Source: Octopus bimaculoides
Taxonomy: Eukaryota
Assembly: GCF_001194135.2 (NCBI RefSeq)
Contig: NC_068983.1
Coordinates: 113,645,761 to 113,689,598 of the forward strand
Length of the DNA stretch: 43,838 nt
Reading direction: 5' to 3'
Made by a program: the position numbers and the translations under genes. Positions 21,596 to 34,225 of the stretch are shown here, piece after piece. The notes beneath the pieces were generated by a model. It searched no databases and was not told the origin of the DNA. It saw only the letters and a list, made by a program, of their open reading frames with translations. Every line of letters starts with the position of its first letter. Within the stretch, counting starts at the first letter, position 1.

Positions 21596-22363
21596 CATAC
21601 ATATATATATATATATATATATATTTATACATACATACATAGTTAATTTATNNNNNNNNNNNNNNNNNNNNNNNNNNNNNNNNNNNNNNNNNNNNNNNNN
21701 NNNNNNNNNNNNNNNNNNNNNNNNNNNNNNNNNNNNNNNNNNNNNNNNNNNNNNNNNNNNNNNNNNNNNNNNNNNNNNNNNNNNNNNNNNNNNNNNNNNN
21801 NNNNNNNNNNNNNNNNNNNNNNNNNNNNNNNNNNNNNNNNNNNNNNNNNNNNNNNNNNNNNNNNNNNNNNNNNNNNNNNNNNNNNNNNNNNNNNNNNNNN
21901 NNNNNNNNNNNNNNNNNNNNNNNNNNNNNNNNNNNNNNNNNNNNNNNNNNNNNNNNNNNNNNNNNNNNNNNNNNNNNNNNNNNNNNNNNNNNNNNNNNNN
22001 NNNNNNNNNNNNNNNNNNNNNNNNNNNNNNNNTATATATATATATATGCATGAATACATATATACAGGCACGCACGCACACACACACACACACACATACA
22101 TATAATACTAGAGACAGAATCAAAAATGAACTAATACCAACTATTTAGAGACCAAGTGAAACAATTAACAGAGGAGATATCTAAAGAGATCAGACGATTA
22201 TCTAATATATTACTATTTATACCGACAAAAATGTTTATTAAAAATAGAACAAATTCTACAGGGAGCACAGCTAGAAGAAAATGTATAAATAAAGAAGGAA
22301 GCTAAAAGTAAACAAAATTGAAATATTTCATGGAGAAATAAGTGTAATTGCTAAAACGAAATT

Positions 22364-22556
22364 CAGTAATCCCTCGATTATAGCGGGTATTACGTTTCAA
22401 ACCCTCCACAATAAGTAATAATCCGCGAAGTAGAAACAGTACTGTATATTTTTTTTTATCATTTTTATAATTTGTATACATATCACGGATAAATCGACGT
22501 AAACTTAAATAACAAACCGCGATAGGTGAACCGCGATGTGGCGAGGAATTACTTTG
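22364..22556. mobile_element. pogo/Tigger-like MITE, degraded
   Basis: Imperfect TIRs CAGTAATCCCTCGATTATAGCGG and CCGCGATGTGGCGAGGAATTACTTTG. The right end is followed by TA. Confidence 0.68.
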
Positions 22557-22992
22557 TAGTACAATAAATGCAGAAAGGGACCAAACGATAAAAAGTTCCT
22601 GACATTCCAGATATTCTGTTATTTATTTATTTAAAGTATAATATTATATTTATGTTTTTCCTTTATTTTTATTTGGAAGTACTGACTTGTAATTATGTTA
22701 ATCGGTGTTTCTCCAACTAGCAAAATAATTTCGAAATTGAAATGTCACATCCTTACTGTAGTGGCTTCAGTAAGTTTGTTTCTATACTACCTTTTCCTCT
22801 TTTGAGGATATTCCTAATGGAATCCTGCTGTTGATTAAGAATATTAAACATCGCTCAGGGAATTGGGAAAGTAGAAAAAAAAAACTGTAGTGTGTAGAAG
22901 TAAATTAAGGACATACTTATTGTAAAATGGAAAAAAAACCCTCAGAAAATTTAACATTTTTCATGATGGCTTACTCAAAACTTTTTAAATTT

Positions 22993-23195
22993 TGGCAAAA
23001 GACAAGCAAGTTCAGAGAAGGTGGCTTAGTCGATTACATCGACCCCAGTGTTCAACTGGTACTTATTTTATCAACCCCAAATGGATGAAAGGTAAAGCTG
23101 ACCATAGCGGAATTTGAACTCAGAGCGTAAGGACAAACTAGATGTCGCTAAATATTTTAGCTGGCGGGTTAACTATTCTGCGAGCTTGCCGCCTT
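22993..23195 (-). mobile_element. SINE family C, near full length
   Basis: The minus strand begins AAGGCGGCAAGCTCGCAGAAT and contains the B-box-like GAGTTCAAATTCC and CCAGTTGAACACTGGGGTCGATGTAATCGACT. Confidence 0.82.
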
Positions 23196-23360
23196 GTTTA
23201 AAACAAGAATATTAACAAATAAATCTACTAAAATCCATTTCTGATTTACGCTGGGAAACAAATGAAAATATATGAAATGTCAAACTCTGAGAATTTCAGA
23301 CAAACATCGTATTACCTAACAACGTAGGTTTTTTAAATCACATATAACACGAAGAACAAT

Positions 23361-23524
23361 CTTTTCTACTCTAGGCACAAGGCCCGAAATTTCGGGGGAG
23401 GGACCAGTCGATTAGATCGACGCCAGTACGCAACTGGTACTTAATTTATCGACCACGAAAGCATGAAAGACAAAGTCGACCTCGGCGGAATTTGAACTCA
23501 AAACGTAAGGACAGGCAAAATACC
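23361..23524 (-). mobile_element. SINE family C 3' portion whose tRNA-like head is cut by the Tx1-type LINE
   Basis: The B-box-like element lies at 23487-23499 (GGAATTTGAACTC on +). Similarity to the other copies stops abruptly at TACC|AATTTCTTTATT. Confidence 0.85.
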
Positions 23525-25493
23525 AATTTCTTTATTGCCCACCAGAGGCTAAACATAGAAATGGACAAAACAACTGATGAGATCAGTAAATTGATATGAT
23601 TTTACATAAAATATGACTTTTAAAAATTAAATGAAATATATAAAAAATCGAATGAAATTAACAATACAGGGACAATACAAATGAAGCGATGATCAGGCCA
23701 CGCTCCGACCCCACAAGCCCCGATCTATCGCTGGTACCTATTTTGTTCTTTTTTCCGTCTATTCACACGGTTCCATGCACGCATAACACTCGTGCAACAT
23801 GCTTCCATCTCTTTTGGAACGTAAACTCCGACAGACATCTCTTCTCCAGCCACACATTCCTTTTCAAATGAAAAATAAAAAATGATCGTAAATTGTAGCC
23901 ATAGATAAAGCTGCCTGTCTTAATTCTTTTTATCCTAGTCTTCCATACTGCCTCTTTCGTTATTGCTACAACCGTGAGAAAACAATTCTTACCTTCGTTT
24001 GTTATAACTCCCGGTGGATCAATTTTTATAATTGACTCAATCGACAGCTGTACTCTTCCTTCGCCGAACAGGTGTTCAGCATAAGCCCACATTTCAGATA
24101 TCTCCGGACACTGAACAATAGCGTGAGGAACGGTTTCCCTGTCCCCTACCCCGCATCTTGGACAGTTCGGCGACCGACGCTTACCGTGTCTTGCGAGCTT
24201 ATCCCAAACGGGCAAGGCACCTCTGTAGCATTGCCAAGTTAAGGACTTTTGGAAGTTGTATAACGTTCTCAACCCGGTGAAACAGGCTGTCCAGTTGAAT
24301 AAACCCGAGACCTAGAGTCGCCCCCAGGCCATCATTGCATTCAGACTCTACCAACCCACTATATAAAATCTGTATTTGACCCCCACCGCTGGCGTTGCCC
24401 AAGCGCCGAAATAGCAAGAGGGCCTTACGGCACTCTTTATGCCATTCACTCGACCTCGGTCTACGAGAACACCAGGGTTCCTGTTCGCAAAAACTTTTGA
24501 ACTCCGAGAACATTTGTCTGGCCAGCGGAGACCACACCCGTTCACTATCCAGGAGAATCCAGAGGTGCCTCAATCTCAACGCATGTCTGCGCATCATTAA
24601 CCAAGGCATCCCTAAACCTCACTTTAAAGGCTTTTGACAGCAGACAGAGCGTTTCACAAGTGGCGACCTGCCCTTCCACAAAAAGCGAAAGAGCTGTCTC
24701 TCCAACCTGATCAACCACCAATCGGGACAGGGCACGACGGTCATGCGGTAGATAATGACCGATGCGATAATCACATCGGCCACCTCTACCCTCCTTTTCA
24801 GGGATAGCCACCGCCAAGAACAGGTCTTGAGTACTGCCGCCACCCTGCTCAATATCTCCGTCCAGTTCTCTATCTGGAGGCCTGGTCCAAACCAAACTCC
24901 CAGCAAATTAACCGGTCCCTCCGTCCAGCGCCCAACAACGCTGTCTGAAGGCATCAACTTGCCAACCCAGGTGCCGAGCTGCAAGCCGACCGACTTTTCC
25001 CAGTTAATCTTTGCTCCTGCCACCTCCTCGTAATCCTCAATAGTCTTACCCACCTCACGTAGGCGTGCTACTGCGGTTACGCTGATAGTGATATCATTCG
25101 CGTAAGCCGTAACAAACACCTCTAGAACTGGTTCTCTCGGAATGCCACTCAACCTTCGCAGTAGGGGCTCCAGAGCCACCACAAACAATAGCGGTGAGAG
25201 CGGACATCCTTGACGAACCGACCGTCTGATGCAGAACGGCTCTGAAAGGAAACCGTTCACGCGAACTATCGAGTCAATGTTGCGGTACAAAGCGATAAAC
25301 CACCTGAGGAAGCCAAGGCCCACGCCGAACCGCGCAAGCACAGTCTCCAGGCATCAAAAGCTTTAGACTGGTCCAAATGTACCAGTGCCCCACCTTTGCC
25401 AGATTTATTACCAACCCTCTCTATGGTATAACGGATAAGATGGAGGGTATCCTGAATGGTTCTGCCAGGGATGGCACATGTCTGTGCCCCCCC
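23525..25493 (-). mobile_element. L1-clade, Tx1-like non-LTR retrotransposon (ORF2 RT plus C-terminal zinc-binding region plus 3' UTR); the 5' part runs into a gap
   Basis: GRTIQDTLHLIR, ALVHLDQSKAFD, RSVRQGCPLSPLLF, TAYANDIT (YADD mutated to YAND), GAKINWEKS, LGVWFG, WQCYRGALPV...CPRC...ETVPHAIVQC. AATAAA lies on the minus strand at 23531-23536. The ORF carries frameshifts. Confidence 0.92.
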
Positions 25494-26362
25494 NNNNNNN
25501 NNNNNNNNNNNNNNNNNNNNNNNNNNNNNNNNNNNNNNNNNNNNNNNNNNNNNNNNNNNNNNNNNNNNNNNNNNNNNNNNNNNNNNNNNNNNNNNNNNNN
25601 NNNNNNNNNNNNNNNNNNNNNNNNNNNNNNNNNNNNNNNNNNNNNNNNNNNNNNNNNNNNNNNNNNNNNNNNNNNNNNNNNNNNNNNNNNNNNNNNNNNN
25701 NNNNNNNNNNNNNNNNNNNNNNNNNNNNNNNNNNNNNNNNNNNNNNNNNNNNNNNNNNNNNNNNNNNNNNNNNNNNNNNNNNNNNNNNNNNNNNNNNNNN
25801 NNNNNNNNNNNNNNNNNNNNNNNNNNNNNNNNNNNNNNNNNNNNNNNNNNNNNNNNNNNNNNNNNNNNNNNNNNNNNNNNNNNNNNNNNNNNNNNNNNNN
25901 NNNNNNNNNNNNNNNNNNNNNNNNNNNNNNNNNNNNNNNNNNNNNNNNNNNNNNNNNNNNNNNNNNNNNNNNNNNNNNNNNNNNNNNNNNNNNNNNNNNN
26001 NNNNNNNNNNNNNNNNNNNNNNNNNNNNNNNNNNNNNNNNNNNNNNNNNNNNNNNNNNNNNNNNNNNNNNNNNNNNNNNNNNNNNNNNNNNNNNNNNNNN
26101 NNNNNNNNNNNNNNNNNNNNNNNNNNNNNNNNNNNNNNNNNNNNNNNNNNNNNNNNNNNNNNNNNNNNNNNNNNNNNNNNNNNNNNNNNNNNNNNNNNNN
26201 NNNNNNNNNNNNNNNNNNNNNNNNNNNNNNNNNNNNNNNNNNNNNNNNNNNNNNNNNNNNNNNNNNNNNNNNNNNNNNNNNNNNNNNNNNNNNNNNNNNN
26301 NNNNNNNNNNNNNNNNNNNNNNNNNNNNNNNNNNNNNNNNNNNNNNNNNNNNNNNNNNNNNN
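25494..26362. other. Largest assembly gap. Other gaps: 5841-5850, 7138-7294, 18130-18809, 19547-19556, 21652-22032, 38130-38169, 42647-42941
   Basis: Runs of N, mostly bordered by microsatellites. Confidence 1.
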
Positions 26363-26921
26363 TGTGTGCGTGTGCGTGTGCGTGTGCGTGTGTGTGTGTG
26401 TTCGCTCGCACAGTTCATTTAAATTATCAAGGTGAGTGCAGGAGATTATTTCGCTCTTTTTCAAAATAATTAGAAAATGGAAAGAAACGAGAAAAAATAT
26501 CCAGTATACAACGATTTACATAGAGTAAAAATGGATAGGACTTTCACTTAAGAAATATCGCTTCCAGGCTTGTGTTTAATAGCTGGTTATTTCCTAACGA
26601 AGGCTTCCTTCTTCATGCACACGTACACCAGCACATACACAAACATACATACCGAGCATACATACATACGTACATACATGCATACATACATACATGCATA
26701 CATAACAGATGTACCAAGTTTTATACATATTTACATATATACACACATATATATATATACATACGCTTATCTACGTATACGTATATGTACGTATGCGTGT
26801 GCATAGAGAATGTGTTACTGGAATGTAGAAGTCAATGGAATGCCTCATATAAACATACTTATCCACTATATATTCTAACCGCCGGGGTTATGTAATTCAT
26901 AAAGATGCCCCTCATGCACCA

Positions 26922-27302
26922 CTGCTCTATCTCCCGGAAGACGAAGCTCCGCATCTACAACGCATCGACTCTCTGCAGTCTCCTTTGTGGGGCAGAAACG
27001 TGGTCTCTCTCGGAGACCTGGCAAAAAGAATCGACAGCTTCGATAGCAAAGCTCTGAGAACTATCTAGAATATCAAGTGGTACCATTACATTTCCAACAA
27101 AGAGCTGTGCTTGCATCAGCCCGCAACCTCCCACCTGATAACTATTCGTCGCATGCACTGGTACATACATGTCCTCTGTCTCCCGCAAAATCATCCTGGC
27201 AGGGCTTTAATCTCATTCGACGCAACAACTGCAGACTGGAAAGGGACTCGTGACAGGCCCCGCTCCAGATGGTTGGACGTGATTAAAGAAGATCTCCAGT
27301 AA
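26922..27302 (+). mobile_element. RTE-clade LINE ORF C-terminal fragment
   Basis: ISRKTKLRIYNA...LLCGAETWSL...RIDSFDSKALRTI*NIKWYHYISNKEL...RRMHWYIHV...RDRPRSRWLDVIKEDLQ*. Confidence 0.88.
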
Positions 27303-27706
27303 TTCTGACCGCTCACCCTCGCTGCCGAAAGAATACTTTCGGCAGTAAGAGATACCCAAAAAGTGACGGAAACAGGAGAATTTAAAGAGAAAAGGAAGAG
27401 CAGACTGAACAAATGAAAAGAAACTGCGTAGCTAATTCATGCAATGAACCGAAAATGTTTGAAGTGAAGTCCCCTTCGGTTGACGGACGGGAACTTGAAA
27501 TGAGAGACCGAAACGTCAGTTTTGATTGACTTCTGTACGATAACACAAAATGAATATAAGTGCAGACGTGACTGTATAGGCAAAAGCGTGCATTAAGTAT
27601 GTGGCTTCAAGACAATAAAAAAAATGGTATTAATGCCGACCAGGAGATGTGATAGAAAATGAGAATTATAAGATCTTATGAGATTTTGCCATAAAGACTG
27701 TCCATA

Positions 27707-28127
27707 GGCGCAGGAGTGGCTGTGTGGTAAGTAGCTTGCTTACCAACCACATGGTTCCGGGTTCAGTCCCACTGCGTGACACCTTGGGCAAGTGTCTTCT
27801 ACTATAGCCACGGGCCGACCAAATCCTTGTGAGTGGATTTCGTAGACGGAAACTGAAAGAAGCCCGTCGTATATATGTATATATAGATATATGTATGTAT
27901 GTGTGTGTTTGTGTGTCTGTGTTTGACCCCCCATCATCGCTTGACAACCGATGCTGGTGTGTTTACGTCCCCGTAACTTAGCGATTCGGCAAAAAGAGAC
28001 CGATAGAATAAGTACTAGGCTTCCAAAGAATAAGTCCTGGGGTCGATTTTCTGGACTAAAGGCGGTGCTCCAGCATGGCCGCAGTCAAATGATTGTAACA
28101 AGTAAAAGAGTAAAGAGTAAAAGAGTA
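27707..28127 (+). mobile_element. Full-length tRNA-derived SINE family B
   Basis: Head GGCGCAGGAGTGGCTGTGTGG with A box and B box GGTTCAGTCCC, central ACCTTGGGCAAGTGTCTT, an internal (TA)/(TG) microsatellite and a (GTAAAAGA)n-like tail. Confidence 0.92.
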
Positions 28128-28130
28128 TAC

Positions 28131-28520
28131 TGTTGGAGGCAAGAAGACCAAACATGAATATAGAGGGCAAAATAAACAGTGTAAGATCATATATTTTGAA
28201 ATTCCTTATGATAGCAGAGTTAATATCAAAGAAATTGAAAAGCTTGAGGAATACTAGGATCTAGCCAAAGAGCTGAGAGGATTGTGAAAGACCAAGGTAA
28301 CAATTATTCCTGTGGTAATAGGTGAACTTTGCGCAAAAATCAAAATTCTACATAAATGACTGAAATAAAATTGCAACTCGCATTGTCAACTTGCATAAAA
28401 GTACCACCCTAGATTCTGCAAGCATCTCAAGAAAAATTCTCAAGATTTGAGGAGACCTGTCCCAAAACTTCAATATAAATACCTGCTAACTTAATTAGCA
28501 TAATGATAATAATAATAATA
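28131..28520 (+). mobile_element. R4/Dong-type LINE 3' fragment ending in (TAA)n
   Basis: LLEARRPN...EIPYDSRVNIKEIEKLEEY*DLAKELRGL*KTKVTIIPVVIG...LHKSTTLDSASISRKILKI*, followed by ATAATGATAATAATAATAAT. Confidence 0.8.
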
Positions 28521-28762
28521 GCTCTCACAGAGTTCAAACATCTGCCAAGGCAACACCAACATCCTCTCAATGATTAGACGGAGACGATTTTTGCAATGAG
28601 AATATCTGAAATAAACTCGACTGCTCTCACAAACGAACCCGACCGCTCTCAAAAATTAAGTAAAGACATCAGAAAAATAATCCAGAATCCTTGTCCAGTA
28701 CCTGATCGATCCTAATGGTAGTCATCGAATGTGAAGCTAAGTGTGCAGGCCGTGTTTGTAAT

Positions 28763-28763
28763 G

Positions 28764-28836
<73 letters not shown>

Positions 28837-28858
28837 TGTGTGCGTGTGTGTGTGTGAG
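28763..28858. repeat. (GT)n microsatellite
   Basis: Directly visible in the sequence. Confidence 0.97.
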
Positions 28859-28867
28859 TGTGATCTG

Positions 28868-29075
28868 CAGTGGTAACAGGGACAATTTTGTCTATGAAGG
28901 CCTTTTTTAGTCTATCCACTGATATAGTGTCTTTACGATCATTAAGGTCTATAGTGAAAAAGTTATCCGTGAGTGAAAGAAAACAGAAAGGACCTGCATA
29001 TGGTGCTGTTAACGGAGGTTTAACAACATCGTTGTGCACAAAAATGTGAGTCCACAAAGTAAAGCTTCCTTGTCG
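28868..29075 (-). mobile_element. Ty3/Gypsy integrase C-terminal (GPY/F) fragment
   Basis: THIFVHNDVVKPPLTAPYAGPFCFLSLTDNFFTIDLNDRKDTISVDRLKKAF. Confidence 0.85.
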
Positions 29076-29383
29076 GTAAAATCTTTTAAACAGGAGCGAT
29101 ATATTCAAAATTGGTAAAACTAAAAGTTGTCGCCGATAAATTAAATTTATTATTGTTACTGAATATTCTAGTGTTATTTAATTTCTGAGCAGTTTTGCTG
29201 CCGTTTGTTTATGTAGTATGATTCCTGTATCCATCAGTTTCTACTAAGTTTGAGACGTGAATGAAATTAATAATAGAGAAACGAAAATAAGACTATGGAA
29301 GCAGCAACGCCGCCATAACTTACGTGGAAACCATGAGCGTGCTTTCAAGGGAGATAATCAGAGAAAGACTTGAAAGTCAACGT

Positions 29384-29606
29384 AAGATCGTAATACTTCA
29401 CGTAAAGTAAATATAACAAATAATCCAGAATCCTTGTTCGGTACCGGATAGATCCAAAAATCTAATTAGTTCGTGCCAGTCACGAGACCAAACATCCCTG
29501 AAAGTTTCATCCGAATCCATCCAGCGGTTCTTGAGATATCTTGTCCACGGACAAACAAACAATCATGACTGAAAAACAATACCACCGCCTTTGCAAAGGC
29601 GGAGGT
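29384..29606 (-). mobile_element. DINE-1/Helentron-associated-like element, longer copy
   Basis: Terminal 26-bp near-perfect palindrome ACCACCGCCTTTGCAAAGGCGGAGGT (29581-29606). On the minus strand it is followed by a (TGTT)n tract and GATATCTCAAGAAC...GGATTCGGATGAAACTTT, a layout like DINE-1/HINE elements. It may extend further toward 29150. Confidence 0.65.
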
Positions 29607-29619
29607 AATAATAATGATA

Positions 29620-30250
29620 ATGCCCGAAATTAGCACAACGCGAATACAAAAGACGTCATGAGAATGTGGCAAGAATGATCCATTGAGAACTCTGTGGTAA
29701 TCACAGCCTACAAAGACCAAACACGTGGTATGCGCAAACCTCAGAAGGAGTCACTGAGAATAAGATCTGTAAAATCCTGTAGGACACAATGATTCAGTGC
29801 GATTACCTGACCAGACATCGGAAACCGGAGATTATTGTGGTGAATAAAAAAGAAAGAACATGTATTATAATCGCCATAGCATGCCCCGGTGACAACAGAA
29901 TCAATGTGAAAGAAGAAGAAGAAGAAGAAGAAGAAGAAGAAGAAGAAGAAGAAGAAGAAGAAGAAGAAGAAGAAATAAATAACTATAACGATTTGAAGTG
30001 GGAAATACGAAGTTTGTGGTCAATGAGGAATGTAGACATGATACCAATAGTAATTGGCACACTTGGAAGTATCAGCGCTCAACTACCAACATGGCTGAAC
30101 AAGATTGGTGCAAGTGTGAAGGTAAAACACCTACAAAAATCAGCATTGCTTGGAACTGCAAGAATTCTTCACAAGGTTCTTGAAGCATGACCAGTAAACA
30201 AGTATCACCTTAGTCTGCTGGGTGTGGACAACTGGCTCTTTTCATCATTG
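29620..30250 (+). mobile_element. R4/Dong-type LINE 3' part (post-zinc-knuckle region plus RLE endonuclease) with an internal (GAA)21 expansion
   Basis: KRRHENVARMIH*ELC...KIL*DTMIQCD..RHRKPEIIVVNKKERTCIIIAIACPGD...DLKWEIRSLW...PIVIGTLG...LQKSALLGTARILHKVLEA* (stop ends at 30190). Confidence 0.9.
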
Positions 30251-30362
30251 ATCTCAGTTCTTGAGAGGTACTTTATTTTATCGACCACTGCATGATGAAA
30301 GGCAAACTTAAATTATTAACCTCGGCAGGATTTAAACTCAGAACGGGCCAGAAGAATTGCCA
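30245..30362 (-). mobile_element. SINE family C fragment
   Basis: GGTACTTTATTTTATCGACC...GATGAAAGGCAAA...CCTCGGCAGGATTTAAACTCAGAACG. Confidence 0.7.
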
Positions 30363-32328
30363 CGAGATTTTGTAGCATCATTGTAATCACTGTCATTATT
30401 ACCATGAGTATTTTTATTACAATTAGTTATATCACTGTTTTCCTAATATTTTCATTCGAGATCTAAATAGATGATTTGGAAAATTAATCGAATGAATACA
30501 GAATTTCTTGTACACGAATATAGCTGTTTTAATTGTATAACATTATAATCTAATGATTTTATGCTACACAGTTTATTATGGAAGACGAACCAAAATATAG
30601 AAGGCTCAGCAAGGAAGATAACTAATTCTGTGTTTGATATTTATCTAAGTAATTTTTCATATTATACTATAGCAGAAAGTAGATAGCCAGTTAATGTGGC
30701 GATCATATTAATAGCATTTCAACAAAGTGATTTCTACTCCAGTTCCCAGCTCTGTCAGTCGATCGCAGGTTATAGAAAAGATCAAAGCCGATATTCGCTA
30801 CAATACTTCACATGAAGTTCAGGCGATGTCATTAATTCTTGATAGCTAGAAAATTGTCCACTCATAAGTGGCGTTGTCGTTTGAGGATAATATTTTATTG
30901 CTTTAACATAATTTTCAAAGTTGAGCTAATGTTTTAAATAACTGCCGACCCACTCTATCATCTGAAGACTTTATTTTGTTCTATTACAAAACAAAAATTC
31001 TTTTCTAGAACAAATAGTTTGATATTCTAAACAAGTTCACTCTTATCCAAAATACACACATGAAATCATGTTTACATGTCGTTTACAATTTGATTTCTAC
31101 ATTTATCTTACTTTCTGTCAATTTTAACTTGCTTTCTTTTCTTCTCGACTTTTCCGACCTTCAGCTCTCCCACTTATATTTTGATAACATATTTGTATTA
31201 CGACGTTAAAATGAAAGAGATTTTAAACTGTCATCATTATTCCATCATGACATCAAAACAAAATACGTAAGTTAGTTTTAAAAAAGCTAACAGATCCAAA
31301 AAGACAAATATTTATCATTCCCTGGATTCTAAATATGACACTTCTTAAAAAGAAGTGATTAAACCCAGGGCAGTTAGCATAATGATTGATGCACTGGAAT
31401 TTTAAAACGAAAAAGAGAGAGAGAATAAAATAGACTGATCTGAGGAACTTCGCACACAAATAGGGAGGCACTCATGTCATACATTATATATTATTAGCAA
31501 GGTTTTATGAATATAATCAAAATATATTCACCATAAGCACACAGAGCTATGGTTGGTTTTACAGCGAAAAACCATAGTTGTATTCATGATCTAGTTTTGC
31601 ATAAAAAGAGGAGACTATTTGAGAGAAAATATGGTTCAACTAAGTGAATTTAAATGAAGCTGTATTACTGAAATCTATTTTCGTATATTTTTTCGGGTAT
31701 GAGCAATGAAATTTTAGACTAATGATGTTTGAACTGATAGTAAAAAATACTATATATTATTCTATGTTTGTGAGTTTGTGCCTGTGTGTCTTGTAAACAC
31801 AACTTCAAAGATGGCAATAATTTTTAAAAATCAAGAATTTGTGTTGTATGGTATTTGGTATACCTCTATTTGTCTATGTTGCTCATATGCCACTGGCCAC
31901 TCTCAGATATTTCTCTTAGCTCACATTTGTTTAATTTATGCAAATTACTTACGTCATTATTGTTTCCTGCTTTTTTAAATATTTCTACTCGAGATAAGTT
32001 AGAACAATTGTCATGCTGACTGTCCTCTTACTTCTTGACAATGAGTCTGTCCTTTTCATTAATGGCATATCAACTTCGGAGTATTCTTGATACTTGATAT
32101 ACGCACTTTCCATAAAGAGCTGTTCTCAATTGCTATTTGATAATTGTGACAAATCCTCTAGAAGTGGAGATAATTTTAATAAATCGAGAGTTTTATGTTG
32201 TCTGGTATCTTATAATTGTATTTGAATGTCTTGTATATACATATCACTGGCTACTCTTAGTTCCAGTATTCTATCCGAAAAAAAGAGGTTGGTAAAAAAA
32301 CCAAATTCATTATCTTCACTTCGTTTTT

Positions 32329-32790
32329 GTGTCTATCTTCATCTATAATCATGAAAGCTGGGTAATTACCGAAAGATTACGATCGCGAGTAGAAGCGGCC
32401 GAAATGTGGTTCCTCCGAAGGATCTTTGAAATAATGTTACTCGACAGGTTGCGTAGCGCGGAGATCAGGCAGTCTCTCCGAGTTGAGCCGCAACTACTCC
32501 GTATTCAGAGGTCACAGGTCCGGTGCTGCGTGCATCTAATTAGAATTTGGGAAAAAAGAATCGCAAAATATATTCTTCAATCGAGCCAACTGACAGAAGA
32601 TCTAGGAATATACAAAGAACGCGATGGTCGGCTAATATCTATAATTATTGTTAGTCACGCTTGGGAATCCAGCCGGAAAATTGCCTGTTATTTTTATCTT
32701 TAACCCTATGGAGGAGCTGCCTGACGACTCTACTTCCACGACCCTTCTAGGAATAATGGGTGGAGATGATGAACGGATGTATTATAGAGA
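32329..32790 (+). mobile_element. RTE-clade LINE remnant of Expander/Rex3 type
   Basis: IYNHESWVITERLRSRVEAAEMWFLRRI...DRLRSAEIRQSLRVEPQLLRIQRSQVR..HLIR matches the typical Expander/Rex3 C-terminus. A matching 3' end appears at ~32700-32790. Confidence 0.75.
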
Positions 32791-33430
32791 GCCACCTATG
32801 TATCATACTTAATGTATGATAGTGTTAATAGGCCAGTTTCGGCGGGATTCACCCTAAGATAAAATATTTTATGGATGTGTTGTGGTAAAAACACAGTGAA
32901 TATAGGAAGAAGAAAAATCGCCTCAGTTTTTCTTTATTCATGTTTATGTCTGTTGGGGTAAGTGTATGTATACAGATGTTGTAGTCAAACGTGTTGTTTA
33001 TTCTGTCGTATTTTTCAGTTGCATGTTGTTAGTTTTCAATTTCTGCCGTTTGGTTGTTCACTGGTATATTTTTTAAGTTTGTTTTTATTTGTTTGGTGGT
33101 TATTTTGTTTTATTTACTTTAATTTTCTAATCGTCGGAACCTAAGCAAGAAGATGTTTAAGCTCTAGCGATATGCGGTAGAATAAAATAAGGATTTCTTT
33201 TTTAAACGGATCTTGTTGTCTCACCATAGTAAGGTGTTGACCTTTCAAAATGTTGAATAGAGGTCTTTGTGTAAAATAAACTCCAAAATAAATGTTACGT
33301 TCCACTAGCACTCATAAAAACACTGAGTAAAAACGGAGCGCGTGATTTTTTCACGATAGACCGAAGGTCACAGCAGAAGAAAAGTAAAAAGGAAAATGAA
33401 ATATTAATTCTACTAATACTACTACTACAA

Positions 33431-33431
33431 C

Positions 33432-33489
<58 letters not shown>

Positions 33490-33541
33490 TGGGAGGACTA
33501 AAGTATTAATACCAAACTACTGAATAATAATAATAATAATG

Positions 33542-33620
<79 letters not shown>
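33431..33620. repeat. (TAA)n array interrupted by a short unique segment
   Basis: Directly visible in the sequence. Confidence 0.96.
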
Positions 33621-33622
<2 letters not shown>

Positions 33623-34175
33623 GCCCTGATGCAGTACCAGGCAGCGACATTCATGGCTTCTGATCTTAACTGATTGAAAGTGTTATCGTGTACATTGTTT
33701 TGTCTTGGTATAAAAGATGGACTACAGCAAATTTTCTGCTCAATATCACACATTTGCTTGTCAGTTGTTTGACCTTAACCAGTTGAGCATGTCTCTTGGA
33801 GGCTGACGATATATGTATCTCTGATCACTAGCAAAAGTAGTGGGGAAGCATCATAGCCATGTGTTGGGAGGAATTCTTTAAAGTTTGGATAATTCACCTT
33901 TGGAAACATGGGTGTTTCCTTCAACATCCTTAAACAGGCCTTAATCAGGGACGTTTTGAGCGGGACGGGCTACTTGACCCGAAAAAATTCTAACTAGGCC
34001 CACCTACAAAGTCGTGCGCTGTTTATCTTGATATGCAATCACCATGTCACGCACATACAGTTGTGATGCATGTGCCTGGTGTACCATTATCAGACGGGTA
34101 GTCATGATGGGTATACTGGGCTTCATATAGTTTACTCCCAGTGTCACTTTGATGGCATGCACTGCTCTCTCACTC

Positions 34176-34177
<2 letters not shown>
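33621..34177 (+). mobile_element. ~557-bp non-coding interspersed repeat embedded in (TAA)n (copy 2)
   Basis: Colinear with the minus-strand copy 20285-20814. (TAA)n lies on both sides (to 33620 and 34176-34222). Confidence 0.87.
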
Positions 34178-34224
<47 letters not shown>

Positions 34225-34225
<1 letters not shown>

